Shown: positions 13,009-26,443 of the stretch, in pieces | Layout: every line of letters starts with the position of its first letter | How positions within the stretch are numbered: the stretch's first letter is position 1 | Source: Antedon mediterranea | Lineage: Eukaryota; Animalia; Echinodermata | NCBI RefSeq assembly: GCF_964355755.1 | Contig: NC_092670.1 | Location: forward strand, 18,152,795 to 18,216,794 | Reading direction: 5' to 3' | DNA: 64,000 bases | Translations under genes and position numbers: made by a program | Notes under the pieces: generated by a model | Seen by the model: the letters and a program-made list of their open reading frames with translations, nothing else | Told to the model about the DNA's origin: nothing | Databases searched by the model: none

Positions 13009-15238
13009 TAAGTCTATGCTTTTAACCTAACCTACCATTACCAAATAAGTGTTTATTTTTATGTATAACTTTATTATACCATTTTTAATACTGGTTGGAG
13101 CCAATTTAGTCCCGCAAATCTTGCTGGCAAAACCTGCTTCGAGGCAATACTGCCAGTTCAACCACAGTACAGTGCCTACCATGATCTGTACTTTGCTAGT
13201 GTATGTACCAATTGCACATGTGTATATAAAGACCAATAGCCTCATACCCTGGCCATTAAACCTGGATTCTGTTAATGGACAATCAAGGTACCAAAAGGTT
13301 TAAGTGAACAACGCTACAAATTAAATGTATTTCACAATTTATCCACATTCAAATCACCCGTCACTTTTGTTTGTATTGAGACCATTTAATAACCCAACTA
13401 CTCATTCAGCAATAATTAAATGTGACTGCTTTTGCTCAACATTTTAATGGAACATTATATCTATTGTATATTTAACATGGTTGTAATATTATATAAAAAA
13501 GACATATTTAATGCCTTACCACAGACTTTATCATTATTATCAATATCTTCAACATGGGAAGTATGGTATAAAGTACTTAAGTCTAATGCCCTGCAGTTGA
13601 CCAAATACTTAATAATACTTAAGATGTTGCCGCTGGATTTCCCTGTAGAATGAACAATTGTCAACTCGAAAGCAATCAACATAATCTGGTAAAACATATA
13701 CTACCTGTCTACTACACATTTAAATTCACTTACTATCCACAGGAATTTGATTAGAAAACTGTGTCTGTTTGCAGAATAGATCCTTTAAGTTGTTGGATTT
13801 TCAATTAATCATAGATTCCAAATTCAGTGGATATAATTGAGTTCACCTGTAATGAAGTTCTGGTGAAAATGAAATTGGTTCTTGCTATTTTAAGAGCTAC
13901 CAGAATACACCTGATCTATGATTTTAACATTAATTTCTATAAGATAAGATAGTTTATGTTTTCTGTACTAAATACTGAAATTAAGGCAGATAACATTTAT
14001 TTGGACCTTAACTTTAATTATACAGTATTTTAATAATTATTTTATAGATTGTCAATGTGTGAATTGTATTTTAGATCTCAAATCAGGATTTTTTCATGAT
14101 ATATGAAAATACAACAATACCTTAATGCTTTAATATTGGGTCATTATCAAGTGGATCTATCCAGGTAATATGTCACCGGTGGCCTTCCATAAGTGCCTCT
14201 ACAACAGTTTAACATATAATAGAATATTTTTATTTATAATAAAACCACCTTTGCAAGTATATTTTATTAATAAGGAAAAGAATTGAAAGTTTTAATATCA
14301 TCATATCTGAGTTGTTGTAATTGTTTTGTATCTGTTAAACCAAGCTGTAAGTGGCGGATTTGTTTCTGCTGTTGTTTCTGGTTTTAAAAATAAAATAAAA
14401 TAAAAAAATAAAATCATGAAAGAAACTGTGAGTGCCAGTAAATTGCAGTACTACCGAAATTCAGAACTTGTGGAAGTAGAAAAAGTACTGTAGCCTAGCA
14501 TACAAACTATACTGAACTAAAATATGATTTGGCCTAAATTGGTGGTAAACAATCCACATCACAAAATGTTTCTGTAACTCGTGCAGAATGGCTTGCAACT
14601 TTTCATTCATTAATACTGCAGATGTTGAGTCAGAAAGTCATTCATGACAGACAAGATATGCAACACATTTTAAAATGAATTGATACCTAGGTGAGGGTTT
14701 ATCCAGGGTTCAATAAATATTCAACCAGCTGATGGCCAGAGGCGTTAACAAATTACTTAAAACATATCGAACACACAGTCATTATTGATATTAGGTCATA
14801 CATTGTATGCGTATGTATACCTTTCCATAACTGTATTTGATCAACTTAAATGAAAAGCCATTTTTTTCCAGATTGAGATGGCAGTTTTCACGTAAAACAG
14901 AATTGTTTATATAAAGATTAGATCATGCTTAATTAGCTAAATTATTACCTAATAACCATTTGTAAATTATTAATTTGTTTACAATAAAAAGATTTAATTT
15001 TTTTACAATAAAAAGATTGAATTTGTATTTTTATTTAATCTTAAAATGATGTTCAGATTAGTATAATTGTTGTTTTAATAAAACGATCTCCAGCCAAGAT
15101 GTAAGTTTCAGCCTCAACATTTCTGAGTTCAGATTTTATTTTATCCATATTTGGACATGGAAAATTAAACAGGCATCTCTATACTACTGTATCTACATAA
15201 AAATGTATATATTCACGTCACGAACAATACCACAGAAA

Positions 15239-15438
15239 GCCCCAGTGGACTAATGGTTAGGACAAGCAGAAGGGTCCGGATTTAAATCTCTGCGGTTGAG
15301 GCGACTTTTTCTCATTCTCTCATCTCATTTCCTCTTCATTATCGTTTCAAATTAATCAGAATATCACTGGGCAGTTTAGAATTTGTTCTGTGCCTGTTGT
15401 TTTTATATAGATCACGCTAAGAGTTTTGCATAATAATG
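15239..15438 (+). mobile_element. tRNA-derived SINE (tRNA-Arg-like head), degenerate
   Basis: GCCCCAGTGGACTAATGGTTAGGACA A-box head, degenerate B box GGATTTAAATC, anticodon arm lost, ends in TAATAAT. Confidence 0.55.
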
Positions 15439-16357
15439 AAGAGTCTATAGTATATGATGGGGACTTACACCAATATTCAAGCATGTGATTAATTGCACTT
15501 TTATGTGTGATTGATTTTCATGTCTAGTCAAACCCGAAAAGTTTTTTATTTTGGGCTCTTAATAAGACATTTTATTATTTTATGTCTTTCCAATCTGTAT
15601 ATTTGTAAAACCTACTTTGTTTTGCTTTTTAATGATGATGATCCAAAGGTGAACAACCTAGAGTTTTATAGCTAGCCAATTTTTTACTACGCATTTATAG
15701 TCTGAATCATAGCTATTAGCCCATAGTATAATGTAATAATTAATGTACCCAGGCCTACATAATTCAGCTGCAGACCTCCTCAAATATATTAATTGTGGTG
15801 TATTGATTGTTGGCAAGTGTGGTTTGCAGCAACTGCAAAGGTGCATTGTCCTTTTAAAAATCTACTGTAATACATACCTCAATTATGACATCATTGGGAC
15901 TTTCCCTATATCCGGCTTAGGGAGACTCCTGTAGAGAATTCCTAACTGTTGATGTTGTTAAACCTCATACCAATGTTTTGATTTCTAATTAGGTTGGAAT
16001 TATTAGAGAAACCAATATTTTTGTTTATAATTATGTTGCATCAACCCAATATTTTCATTTTAAATTAGGTGAAAGTGTCGCAAAGACGAATGTTTTCATT
16101 TCTAATTGGATGAAAGTTTTCCAAAAACCAATATTTTAGGTTGACGTATTTATCGTGCTCATTACATTTAAAATAGATTTATTAATTGCAGTTTGTCTGA
16201 CCTTGTTAATTACGTTTCTTAACCACTGTCTCTGTTGAGCAATGTCTAGTATACAGATGTGGATTGCATGTTACTGATCATAAAATGAGGTATAACTGAC
16301 TACGCAGATCCTGGAGGAATTTCAGATACACATTATATCATATTAGATGCATTGCGA

Positions 16358-17060
16358 ATACCCATTTGTCCCCTACATCCATACCAATTTGTCCCCTACA
16401 ACCATACCAATTTGTCCCCTACAACCATACCTATTTGTCCCCTACAACCATACCCATTTGTCTCCTACAACCATACCTATTTGTCCCCTACAACCATACC
16501 CATTTGTCTCCTACAACCATACCTATTTGTCCCCTACAACCATACCCATTTGTCTCCTACAACCATACCCATTTGTCCCCTACATCCATACCAATTTGTC
16601 CCCTACAACCATACCAATTTGTCCCCTACAACCATACCTATTTGTCCCCTACAACCATACCCATTTGTCTCCTACAACCATACCTATTTGTCCCCTACAA
16701 CCATACCCATTTGTCTCCTACAACCATACCCATTTGTCCCCTACATCCATACCAATTTGTCCCCTACAACCATACCAATTTGTCCCCTACAACCATACCT
16801 ATTTGTCCCCTACAACCATACCCATTTGTCTCCTACAACCATACCTATTTGTCCCCTACAACCATACCCATTTGTCTCCTACAACCATACCCATTTGTCC
16901 CCTACATCCATACCAATTTGTCCCCTACAACCATACCAATTTGTCCCCTACAACCATACCTATTTGTCCCCTACAACCATACCCATTTGTCTCCTACAAC
17001 CATACCCATTTATCCCCTACATTCATACACATTTGTCCCCTAGACACCCATACCCATTTG
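16358..17060. repeat. 23-bp minisatellite ATACC(C/A/T)ATTTGTC(C/T)CCTACA(A/T)CC, about 30 copies
   Basis: Read directly; explains the three overlapping repeat ORFs at 16347-17081. Confidence 0.97.
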
Positions 17061-18188
17061 TATGCCCTTGAATTAAGGTAAACTCTGTACTTCCAAAGGG
17101 TAGAAAATTACATACAATTTTATTTCAAAGATCTGCCACCAATTGTGATTTAAAGTGTTATCTGTTGGTGAATCCATTATCTATTTTGAATGTATTCTGT
17201 GGTTCCAGTCTTGGCAGTTAAATACAAAGCAGGAAAAAAAAGAAACACATGTATGTAATGGTATGCTGCAAACAGCAAGGATGCATTCTGTTTCATTTTC
17301 TAAATTCGTGCTGTATACATTTTTGTGACATTCTAATGGACTCCATAAAAAGATTACGTCAACATGGTTTTTTTGTTTGTTTTTTTTCAGTTCCAGCATT
17401 CCATATAGCATGCCAAGTTTCAAGTTCATGTTCAGTAGTAATAAAAACCATTAAATACCAAAAAAAAAGTATAAAAATTAGGTTATACCAAGGAAAAATG
17501 CAATTAGGCTATTTGTGGTGAGTTTAATTTGTGGCAAGCCAACTGAAGTGAGTGACCAAAGAAAACGATAAAACTACGTCAGTACAATCAATGAAAGTAC
17601 TTCATAAGGTCATTGAACTCTCTGGAACAGACAGGAAAAACTCTAATTAAAATTCTAATCGATAAAGTAATTACCATTTTAACGAATCAATTATTTGTTT
17701 AATTTGTCGATTTTGCAGAATTACAAAAAATTTAAGCTTTGTGTTCTTGATCTACATTTTGTTTTTATTTGTTCAACTGTTGTAAGTAGATTTCCTAGAA
17801 ATTTGTGAACGTGTACAATTTGAAATGTGGGTTGGTACAAACATGATTTACAATTTCATTATAGTTGTCAAGTTTAGCTCAATATTTTGTAGAAAATTAC
17901 TTGAAAATTGTGTTTTATCAGATACAGCTGCTGAAAAATCAGTAAAAGCTATCGAAAATTCTATAAAATGTGTCTAAAAGTTGCGAGTTAATGTGTAACA
18001 ATGATTTTGTTGCTATAAGAGCATGTGTTAAATTAAAACCTGGCTGGATATAAACTTAGCATTTTCAAGATTAGGTCATGGAAAAAAATGTTGATCGTTC
18101 TTTAAAAAGTGTCAGATGGATATGGAGGGAGGACGGTTGTTTGTTTTTTTAAAGCAGCAATGAAGCTTTGTGTTTTGGTATATTCCTT

Positions 18189-19015
18189 GGCCTGTTTCTG
18201 CTACAACTGCTCAAAAATACGGTATAAAAATACGGTATTTTTTATACCGTATTTTTTAGTACCCCGTTTCTGCTAACAATACTTCTTGGGTGGTCGTGTT
18301 AAATTTCATTCCTTTTTACCCAAATTGCCAATCATTTATTTGGTCATAATTAAAAGTCGTAATAAAGGAAGTTTAAGTTCAAAGCCTAGCCCTAGTGATA
18401 GAGATGTTGTGAGAGCACAGAAAACATCGTGATGGGGACAAGTAATTCGTTGCCTCCCGAGTTATTGTCTTTTGCAATGTTGTACTGCTTTCGCAGACTC
18501 TTCAGCTTTGAGTTTACTTGCTTTGGAGACAAATCTATTCAGTACTCCTACTTTACTTTTTTAGAAATGTCTTTATAAATGTGGTTGTCCCTTTTATTAC
18601 CTTTTAGTTGGCCGGACATTTTAGCTTCCCCACCCCCTCCTTCTCCACCCCTGCTTCCCCACACAGATTTAAATAGTAAATACTGTGATGGCTTTGCTCC
18701 ACATTTTCGCCGAATATATCTATACACGTGTGTAAAACAGCTGACAGCGACAGAAAATAAAAACACGATGTTGACCTCATGTCGCAGGTAAAAAAAAAAT
18801 ACAGTATTTTTTATTGGCAGCAGAAAAGGGTACAAAAAACACGGTATAAATTTGTAAATTCCGTATTTTATCCACACAAAAAATAAAAATATGGTATACA
18901 AAATACGGTATTTTTTTTATGAGCGCAGCTTCTGCTGCCAAAAAAATATGGTATATATACGGTATTCAAAAATACCGTATAAAATACAGTATTTTCTTGG
19001 CAGCAGAAACAGGGC
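18189..19015. mobile_element. MITE with GGCCTGTTTCTGCT termini and AATACGGTAT subterminal repeats (Harbinger/Tourist-like)
   Basis: GGCCTGTTTCTGCTAC at 18189 versus GCAGCAGAAACAGGGC ending at 19015. A related right end GCAGCAGAAACAGGCCCC-TAA lies at about 268-288. TSD is unclear. Confidence 0.7.
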
Positions 19016-20446
19016 TCTTGTTAAGTTACTTTGCAATACAAATTTCAAATTACTTCCCCAGTTAATTTTTCCATTTCTGTTCATCAGTAAGGGAAAAAAT
19101 ATTGCCCGACCTGATGGTGGCCTATCAGAAAATGAATTCACTGACTGATAATTAAAAATGGATTATGATCCCAACCTTGTTTATTTGAAGTAGAAAGAAA
19201 ATAATATAATAAAGTCCAATTTCTTTTCAAAGTTGTTTGTTTTCAAATAAATAAAAATGTCAAGCGCTATTCATTCAAAATTAAAAAAATTTACAACAAA
19301 CAACCGAATCTGTTTTTAGGTCTCATTATAATCAGTTTTATGAGATCTTGATTGCCTATCTTGATGTCTGTTGCGAACGTGCCATAAAACATACAATATT
19401 TGGTTGCAATTAGTACAAGGGTAAAATAAATGTTAAGAGTAAATCACATTACTTAACATAATAGGCAACGTCACATGGAAACAATAGTGTATAGGTACCT
19501 GTATACTGTGATGAAATAATACACCTGGCAATGTTTTCAACTGACATTAAAAAGGGTCTGTCAACACATTGTATCAAAATCACGCTGTTCTCCAATTTCC
19601 AAGAAGTAACGTTTGATTTGTAGATGGCTTCGGGCCAAGCTGACACAGAGCACAGCGGGACATGAACCAATTTTGACAATGAGCTACAGTGACCGACGTC
19701 AATCAATGGTTCTCGTACATTTTAACTGCACTGATTACAGTACTTATTCCTTGCACCACGGACGAATTATTTAGATAAAATAAAAGAATAAATAAATAAT
19801 TCCTCCATGTTTGTACTAACAAGCTATTAAAGAGGCAACATCAGTTGATATTTTTAAAGAAAGTTAATTAAGCAACATCTTTTTTCTTCTTATTTTGGTA
19901 GAATAGGATAGACAGATGCCTTTTCACTCGAGCTCCTGTGATATCCGGTGCTGGAGAACGAAGCAGTGTAAATTGTTCCTCAGTGCTTTACTTATTTTAT
20001 ATTTTATTGATCATTTTTGTGTGTAAAGCGCTTAGAAACATTGTATTATTTGCTATAGACTACCATTATTATTAATAGTGTTTTTGTTTTTAAATTTTTT
20101 TAGATAGTTTTCACTTTTTGCAAAGTTGAGGTTAATGTTTCTAATCTACCTCTTCACTGTGTTCTCTCCTCTTTGTATAGTATAGTATCGTTGGTATGTA
20201 TATTATTTTTTTTTTTTTGTACAGTTACCAAATATTTCTGTTAAAAATAGTTGAGACCAAATAAAAGAGATAAAGATTTCACCTCCACTCTCATCAATTT
20301 AAGCATACTCCATGATTTAACTTGTTATTATAATACAGTCGTATTTCCTTTTTTTTTAAATGGTCATATACAAAAAAAAGAAATGAAAACTATCGGTCAC
20401 TTGTCAATCAAAATTGCGCCATCACAGTTGTGAGGTGTAAACCGTG

Positions 20447-20769
20447 ACAGACTTGGACTTGGACATCAACTTGGACAGACTTGGATATCAACTTGGACAG
20501 ACTTGGACATCAACTTGGACAGACTTGGACATCAACTGGGACAGACTTGGACAGACTTGGACATCAACTTGGACATCAACTTGAACAGACTTGGACATCA
20601 ACTTGGACAGACTTGGACATCAACTTGGACAGACTTGGACATCAACTTGGACAGACTTGGATATCAACTTGGACAGACTTGGACATCAATTTGGACAGAC
20701 TTGGACATCAACTTGGACAGACTTGGACATCAACTTGCACATCAACTTGGACAGACTTGGACATCAACT
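20447..20769. repeat. 22-bp composite minisatellite ACTTGGACAG + ACTTGGACATCA
   Basis: Alternating 10- and 12-mers share the core ACTTGGACA; explains ORFs at 20481-20846. Confidence 0.95.
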
Positions 20770-20857
20770 CAAAATATAAAACATACAATACATACCATAC
20801 CAATCACATTTTATTGAATTCATTCAAACCACAAAGTAATAATTAATTGAAATATAT

Positions 20858-21160
20858 ATTTATTTATACTGGGTAACCTCTTCAGTCAAAGACAGGTCTC
20901 CCAGAGGGCCCAGTTGGTGATCAGTGGCTGTGAGTGTACTAGTACACCGGGGTAACCCCCTACTCGTCTCGAAAGATGTACTAGGTTCTTTAAAGTGCAC
21001 ACAAGCTAGATGTGTACACTGGACCTACGGTTTATAGTCCTTATCCGAGAAGACTGGTTCTACCACCAGAACCATGGAGTGAGTGAGTCTCGAACCGTTG
21101 CCGATGTTATGGCTACGTAATTACGGTTCCACTGTCTTAACCACTCGTCCACTCACTCAC
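20858..21160 (-). mobile_element. tRNA-headed SINE with Deu/Nin-like central domain, near full length
   Basis: On the minus strand: A box TGGACGAGTGG, B box GGTTCGAGAC, core GATAAGGACTATAAACCGTAGGTCC...TTAAAGAACC...GAGTAGGGGGTTACCCCGGTGT, and an A-rich tail. Domain assignment is from remembered consensus. Confidence 0.78.
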
Positions 21161-21334
21161 AAATTAGTAAAAAGCAATGTTTATTATTGCTTGCCAACTT
21201 GGCAAGAGCATGGGCTTTGTATCACAATCATTTTATAAACTATCTAGATTGCATTATAATAAACTAAATGAAATTAACAACATTGCAGCCACCACCTTGT
21301 GACAGGGACACACTCATTTATTAATTACTAGATT

Positions 21335-21463
21335 CAGAGCCGTAGCCAGTTTGTGGCAGACGAGGCGGCCACTTTTTTTCCAACCCTCCACTAGCACTTG
21401 TATACATAAATAAATTTAAAACATCTTTGCCTCGTCCGCTTCTAACCTCTTGCTATGGTCCTG
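21335..21463. mobile_element. 129-bp MITE with CAG..CTG termini
   Basis: CAGAGCCGTAGC / GCTATGGTCCTG imperfect TIRs, internal GACGAGGC/GCCTCGTC inverted pair, AGATT direct repeat on both sides. Confidence 0.65.
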
Positions 21464-22565
21464 AGATTAATCTTCCTATATTATGAATGAATGAATTATG
21501 AATTGTTTCTTAACAAGAATAATGCATCCAAAGAATGCTAATAGTAGCAACCAGGAGGAGAGGGGGTAGGGAGTGAACCATCCACTACTGCAAGCCCTGA
21601 CAACCGCACCACTTCAAGTCAATTTATCTGCACATCCATCATGAATCAAATTTCAAAGTGTAGATGGTGTACAATACAGGTTGCCATTCAAATGTGCAAA
21701 ACAAAATTGGAACAAGTTGGAATGAGTAGAGCATGCAATAGTATCCCCAATCATAGAAAATAATGCACGGCACATGATAAGAATGCACTAATCAAATGGC
21801 AAGGATGCAAACAGTTTACTATGGTTATAAATTAATTTACTACTCTATCAGAATCATTGGATAAACAAACTGAGTAGCATCACAATCGATTGAAGGAAGT
21901 TACAAATTAGCTAAAATAATGCTTACTATTTAGTTTTTTTTATGTACTTAACATCATGTGAATAGATTGTAATCAGTTAAAAGTTATAAATAAATAAAAC
22001 CAATGTTTACTATAGTTTTTTTTAGGGCATGGCTTATTTATCTTGGCAACATCAGCCTAGCTTAATACTATATTCATTTTATAAACAAACTAATACCATA
22101 TTAATCAGTTAAATGACGGCACTTGAATAGGTGACAGACATTTTGTTCATGTAGATAAGACCGCAGGAGTTGTTTGAGCGTAGACGTAAGGTACACACCG
22201 AGGGGATATGGAGATATTTACTCAGATATGATCCCCATTCAGTGCTGCATGCTAGATACTAGTATTTGTAGAGGTGAAAAGGTTAATGAATTCTCATTAA
22301 TACTATGTAGTATGGTAAAGTGGTACAGTACAATATACTGACAGTTGTTTCTGAATTGAGTTGCTAATTACTTAGGAGAGTGCTAGCGAGTCAGTTAATG
22401 AGAACGGCATGTTATATAGTTCAGAGGTTAATGTTCCATTTTAAAGTTTAAAAAAGAAAAACAAGTTGAAAATTATTTAGAACTCTTACAAAAAATGCAT
22501 TTCCATAAGATTCAAATTTCTTTAACATTGTGAAAAAATTGTGTTGTCAAACCAGAAGTGCCTTA

Positions 22566-22715
22566 AGCTATGTCTACACTATCAAACTAGTTTGACAAAA
22601 AATGTGTGATGTGCCCAAATATGGCATTGATATGCCCAAATATAGTAGTGATAATAGTGATATATGGGCACATCACATTTGTTGTCACATAACGTTTGAT
22701 AGTGTAAACAGAGCT
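22566..22715. mobile_element. Harbinger-type MITE, 150 bp; family with partial copies at about 6405-6500, 35413-35512 and 54412-54490
   Basis: TIRs AGCTATGTCTACACTATCAAAC / GTTTGATAGTGTAAACAGAGCT with TTA TSD; shared internal gatgtgcccaaatatggtagtg-like motif. Confidence 0.85.
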
Positions 22716-25700
22716 TTAGAAAGTTTTTAAAAAAACATTCACACTGTAATCATGTATCGTCTTCCTATGTTGTACTTTTCGTAGGTAACTGTGCCCTCTA
22801 TAATTCAACATTATGTTACATTTTACCGAATTAGTTCCTGCTCAAATCATCAGGCAGTATAATAGCCGCACTGCTGAAGTTTGGTTTAAACTTGAAATAA
22901 CATTAAAAAACCCCAGAATATATAGCATTTGGTTGTTTACTAGCTATTTTTGAAAAATGAGTTTTTAAATTTCTATGAAACAGCTGATTAATATTGATAA
23001 TTAATGTCATCTTATTAAATTTGAAGATTTTTATCAGTGTGAGAATTTTAGGAATATTAATTGACTAGAAAATCATTGATCACATAACTGAAAGAAAGCA
23101 GTTCGATTTAATAGACATTTTGTTGAATTAAATCTTTTACATGCTTCAAATCTTTGATCATCCGACAGATAACGCTTCCATGTGCACAATCTGCTAACCG
23201 CTATCTATGTGGGAATTATTCCACTCATGGTGCATGAAATCAGACTGAAATTAATTTGCAATCATTTTAAGTACCTTGATGTTTTCCAGGCCTCCCTGAC
23301 TGAAGGAGATCTGCAAGGTGGTTTTATTTACACCATTTAGGGGGCGGGGCAATCAAGGGTGTTGCGCTTGCATGCTCCCCCATTTTGACAGCTAAAATGA
23401 AATTATCAACTACTTATTTCATAGTTCTATCTTTATATCTACTGTACAGCAGATTTAATAATTTAAAACCTTCCTATTCCAATAAGTATATATTCTCAAA
23501 GTATTAATATCAGGATATAAAATGAACTTTTAGTTTATGTTCAAAGTATACAAAGTATAATAAATTACAATGTTATGATAAATATCCAAAGTAATTGGAT
23601 ATACACATGTAAGAAATTGCTATATTGTATGTTTTATATTATTCCACTTATGTTGAAATGAATGTTATGACCGATCTTATTAACCACTCTCTTTTAGTTT
23701 TATTACGTTGGATGTCAGCCAATGTTTGTTCAGTACTGGAGTGTACCTTATGAGGTAAGTTGGCCTAAACCACTTGACTGACCCATTAATAATATTGTAT
23801 GTATACTTTAATTGCATCATCTTCTAGCTACATGCATATTATATATTGACTGAAGTGCCTTTATGAACAATGTGACATGAAATATAAGATATGGTTATGT
23901 TTAAGGACTATACCATTATTTTCACAGGGAACAGATGGTCTTTCTCTAGCAATAATATTCTACTCATTTCTGCATGATATCTGTGATTTTAGCACCTTAC
24001 TTCTTACTAAGTGTCTTTACTTGTCACAATTGCACCAGGGAGCTGTAAAATAAGCACCAATTTACACATTCATCTATGAGCACTCATATTACGTTACTCT
24101 ACTCTACTAATATGATTTTGAAGGGTTTTGATTTTTGATACAAATGTATCCAATTAGCTGATCAAACAGAGCCATTGCATTTAATATTTCTTTTAATAGC
24201 GAATTCAATATGTATTTACCTAATTAGGTTAAAATATGCATTTACCAATTTTCTATTACAAATCCTTGACAACTATATATCTTAAAAAATAATGTGGTTG
24301 ATTAGATTACAATAAAAAGAAACAAATAACAAGGTGCAAAAAAATAATATTGACATAGTCTATAATTTTTTTACAAAATGATTTTATGTAGGTTGTGCAT
24401 ACTGTATGATACTAGAAGATTGGAACGTTGTATATTAAAATGGTAATATAATATTTGATCATTCCTATACATGTCATAACCATTTTGTGTATAGACATAA
24501 AGCAGGCAATCCGGGTCAAACACCTTTTATTATTTACCTTGAGACAAGCATGAGGCCAGAAAATCAAATAGTAATATAAAATGGAAGAGTCCAAAGCTAA
24601 CAACAGACCTCATTGAGTGTAATTTGTGTGTAGTGGGGACCTTATCATGTGGATCACTTAACTCTGGATAGCACTCAATGTTCATATACATTTTTATCTG
24701 TATGCTTGCACAACAGTGTGTTGATATACAAAGACAACTAGCCCTGTTGAGTACATTCGGGCCTGACCGTTGTCATATTGACCGCATGTGAGGCTATTGT
24801 TGCAGTACATGGTAAGCTTTTGTTCATATATTGATCTTTACACTAAAGTCAGCCTTATGTATTGTAAAGGTATGTTGTAGGTATTTTTATTAGCTTGTAT
24901 GTGCAAAAGTAGCGTACTATAATCTGCACAGATATGTACAGGTAGCCTCATATTAATATACTCTTTTCATTTATTAAACACCATACTGTGCCTGGGAATC
25001 ATGGTGGTAGAGTAAGTCTACCACTTTTATTTGTGTTCTGGCCAATTTACACATCATGAGTGGTAATGATAGGTGTACACATGAGTGGTAATAGTAGGTG
25101 GAGAATCGTGTTGCTTGTCCCACAAAGAATGTATATCTATCCTGAGTTGGTTTCCGGTCAACCGCCCATCCGCTCAAATGGTCATATGAAATAAGATGGA
25201 TTCTATGTTTTTGTTTTCCTGCTTACCATTTACTGTTTACCCTTACCGCTTACCCTCACTTCTCGGCTGTGTAAACTTGCCTTACATGTTTGCGTAAACA
25301 ACAACAATAAAAAGTATTAGATTAAAACAAAATGTTATCAAATTGTAAATATTTAATACAGCCAGACATGTTGTATCTGTGTTAGTCTACATGAGGGCGC
25401 TTCAGAAATAAAGGGGTTTTGTTATGTAATTATAACATTATGCACACGTTACCTTTTGTCTTTTAATACCCATGTGTGTCACTGTTAAAAACGTGTCAAT
25501 CTAAATATTAAAATATTATATATTTTTACTTGTGCTGAAATAGATTTAAAAACGTAATTGATAAGAAACATTTGATTCTTGAACAATGAGGATAAAAGAG
25601 TAAAAACAATGTAGGCATATGTAAGTTTTCGAGATTTAGTTTTATATTTAGAAATATGTGTTCCAACAATTCCCACACATATTCATTTAGTTGAAATGAA

Positions 25701-26363
25701 ATGTAAGAAATATGTATTCAATATTGGGTTTATAAATATTGCAGCAGGTGCGCGGTGACAATGAGTTACATTACAATCGTAGTTATTAATTACCTGACAT
25801 TGTAGTAATTTATTCATTTCTAATTGTCCATTACTGTTACTGATAGTACTGTAATTATATGTAGTGATGTACTAGGCCTACAAAATGGGGATGATTACAA
25901 AGCAGTCGAGTGCATGGCAAATCAGTGTTGGATCCAGGATTTTGAAATAGCAGAGGGAGTCTCAGGACCTAAAAATAGTCAATGTGCTGAACTTAACCAA
26001 ATGTCTTGTATTTGGCATATAACTCTCAGAATTTTGGTGGTGTAAGATTAAAATATTTTGTTGTGCAAAATGCATAAGGAGAAAAGGTTTACTTGAAAGG
26101 ATAGATCTTTAGTGTTAGTTGATCTACTGAAATTTGAATAAAATGATTTAGCCATACACGCTTTAACCAGGGTGTGTAATTCATCTGCAGGAAGGGTAAC
26201 TCAGGATGGGTAATTTGTCTATCTCAAACTAAATAGAGTAGACTGATCATGTTCGAAAATCAACCCAGTGTACAGCACAGTACATTGGATCATTTAAAAG
26301 AATGGTTTAGGTCTTCACCTAGCATTTCGTTTTAGTGGCAAATTAAAATAAATATCCATGCGA

Positions 26364-26443
26364 TTGCAATGGAATAAATAATTTCATTTGGTGAAAGATG
26401 AAATGTACTATCTTTCACCTCATGAAATTATTTATACCATTGC
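26364..26443. repeat. Hairpin with about 35-bp arms, probable MITE remnant
   Basis: tgcaatggaataaataatttcat..ggtgaaagat / atctttcacc..atgaaattatttataccattgca. Confidence 0.65.

Noticed and set aside
14416-14433. ATGAAAGAAACT|gtgagt micro first exon
   Set aside because: Only 4 codons, phase 0 is incompatible with the phase-1 exon at 38478, and there is no other support.
15239-15305. Functional tRNA-Arg gene
   Set aside because: The anticodon arm is missing and the B box and acceptor stem are degenerate; SINE head at best.
16358-17060. CRISPR-like periodicity (also 20447-20769, 28018-28196, 42525-43800)
   Set aside because: Units are contiguous with no unique spacers, there are no cas genes, and the context is eukaryotic.
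16347-17081. Three overlapping 225-244 aa ORFs, the longest in the window
   Set aside because: They are by-products of a stop-free 23-bp minisatellite: the same peptide appears in all frames, with no domain or splice support.
20481-20846. Repeat ORFs (DLDINLDRLGHQLGQTW)
   Set aside because: Translation of the 22-bp tandem repeat.
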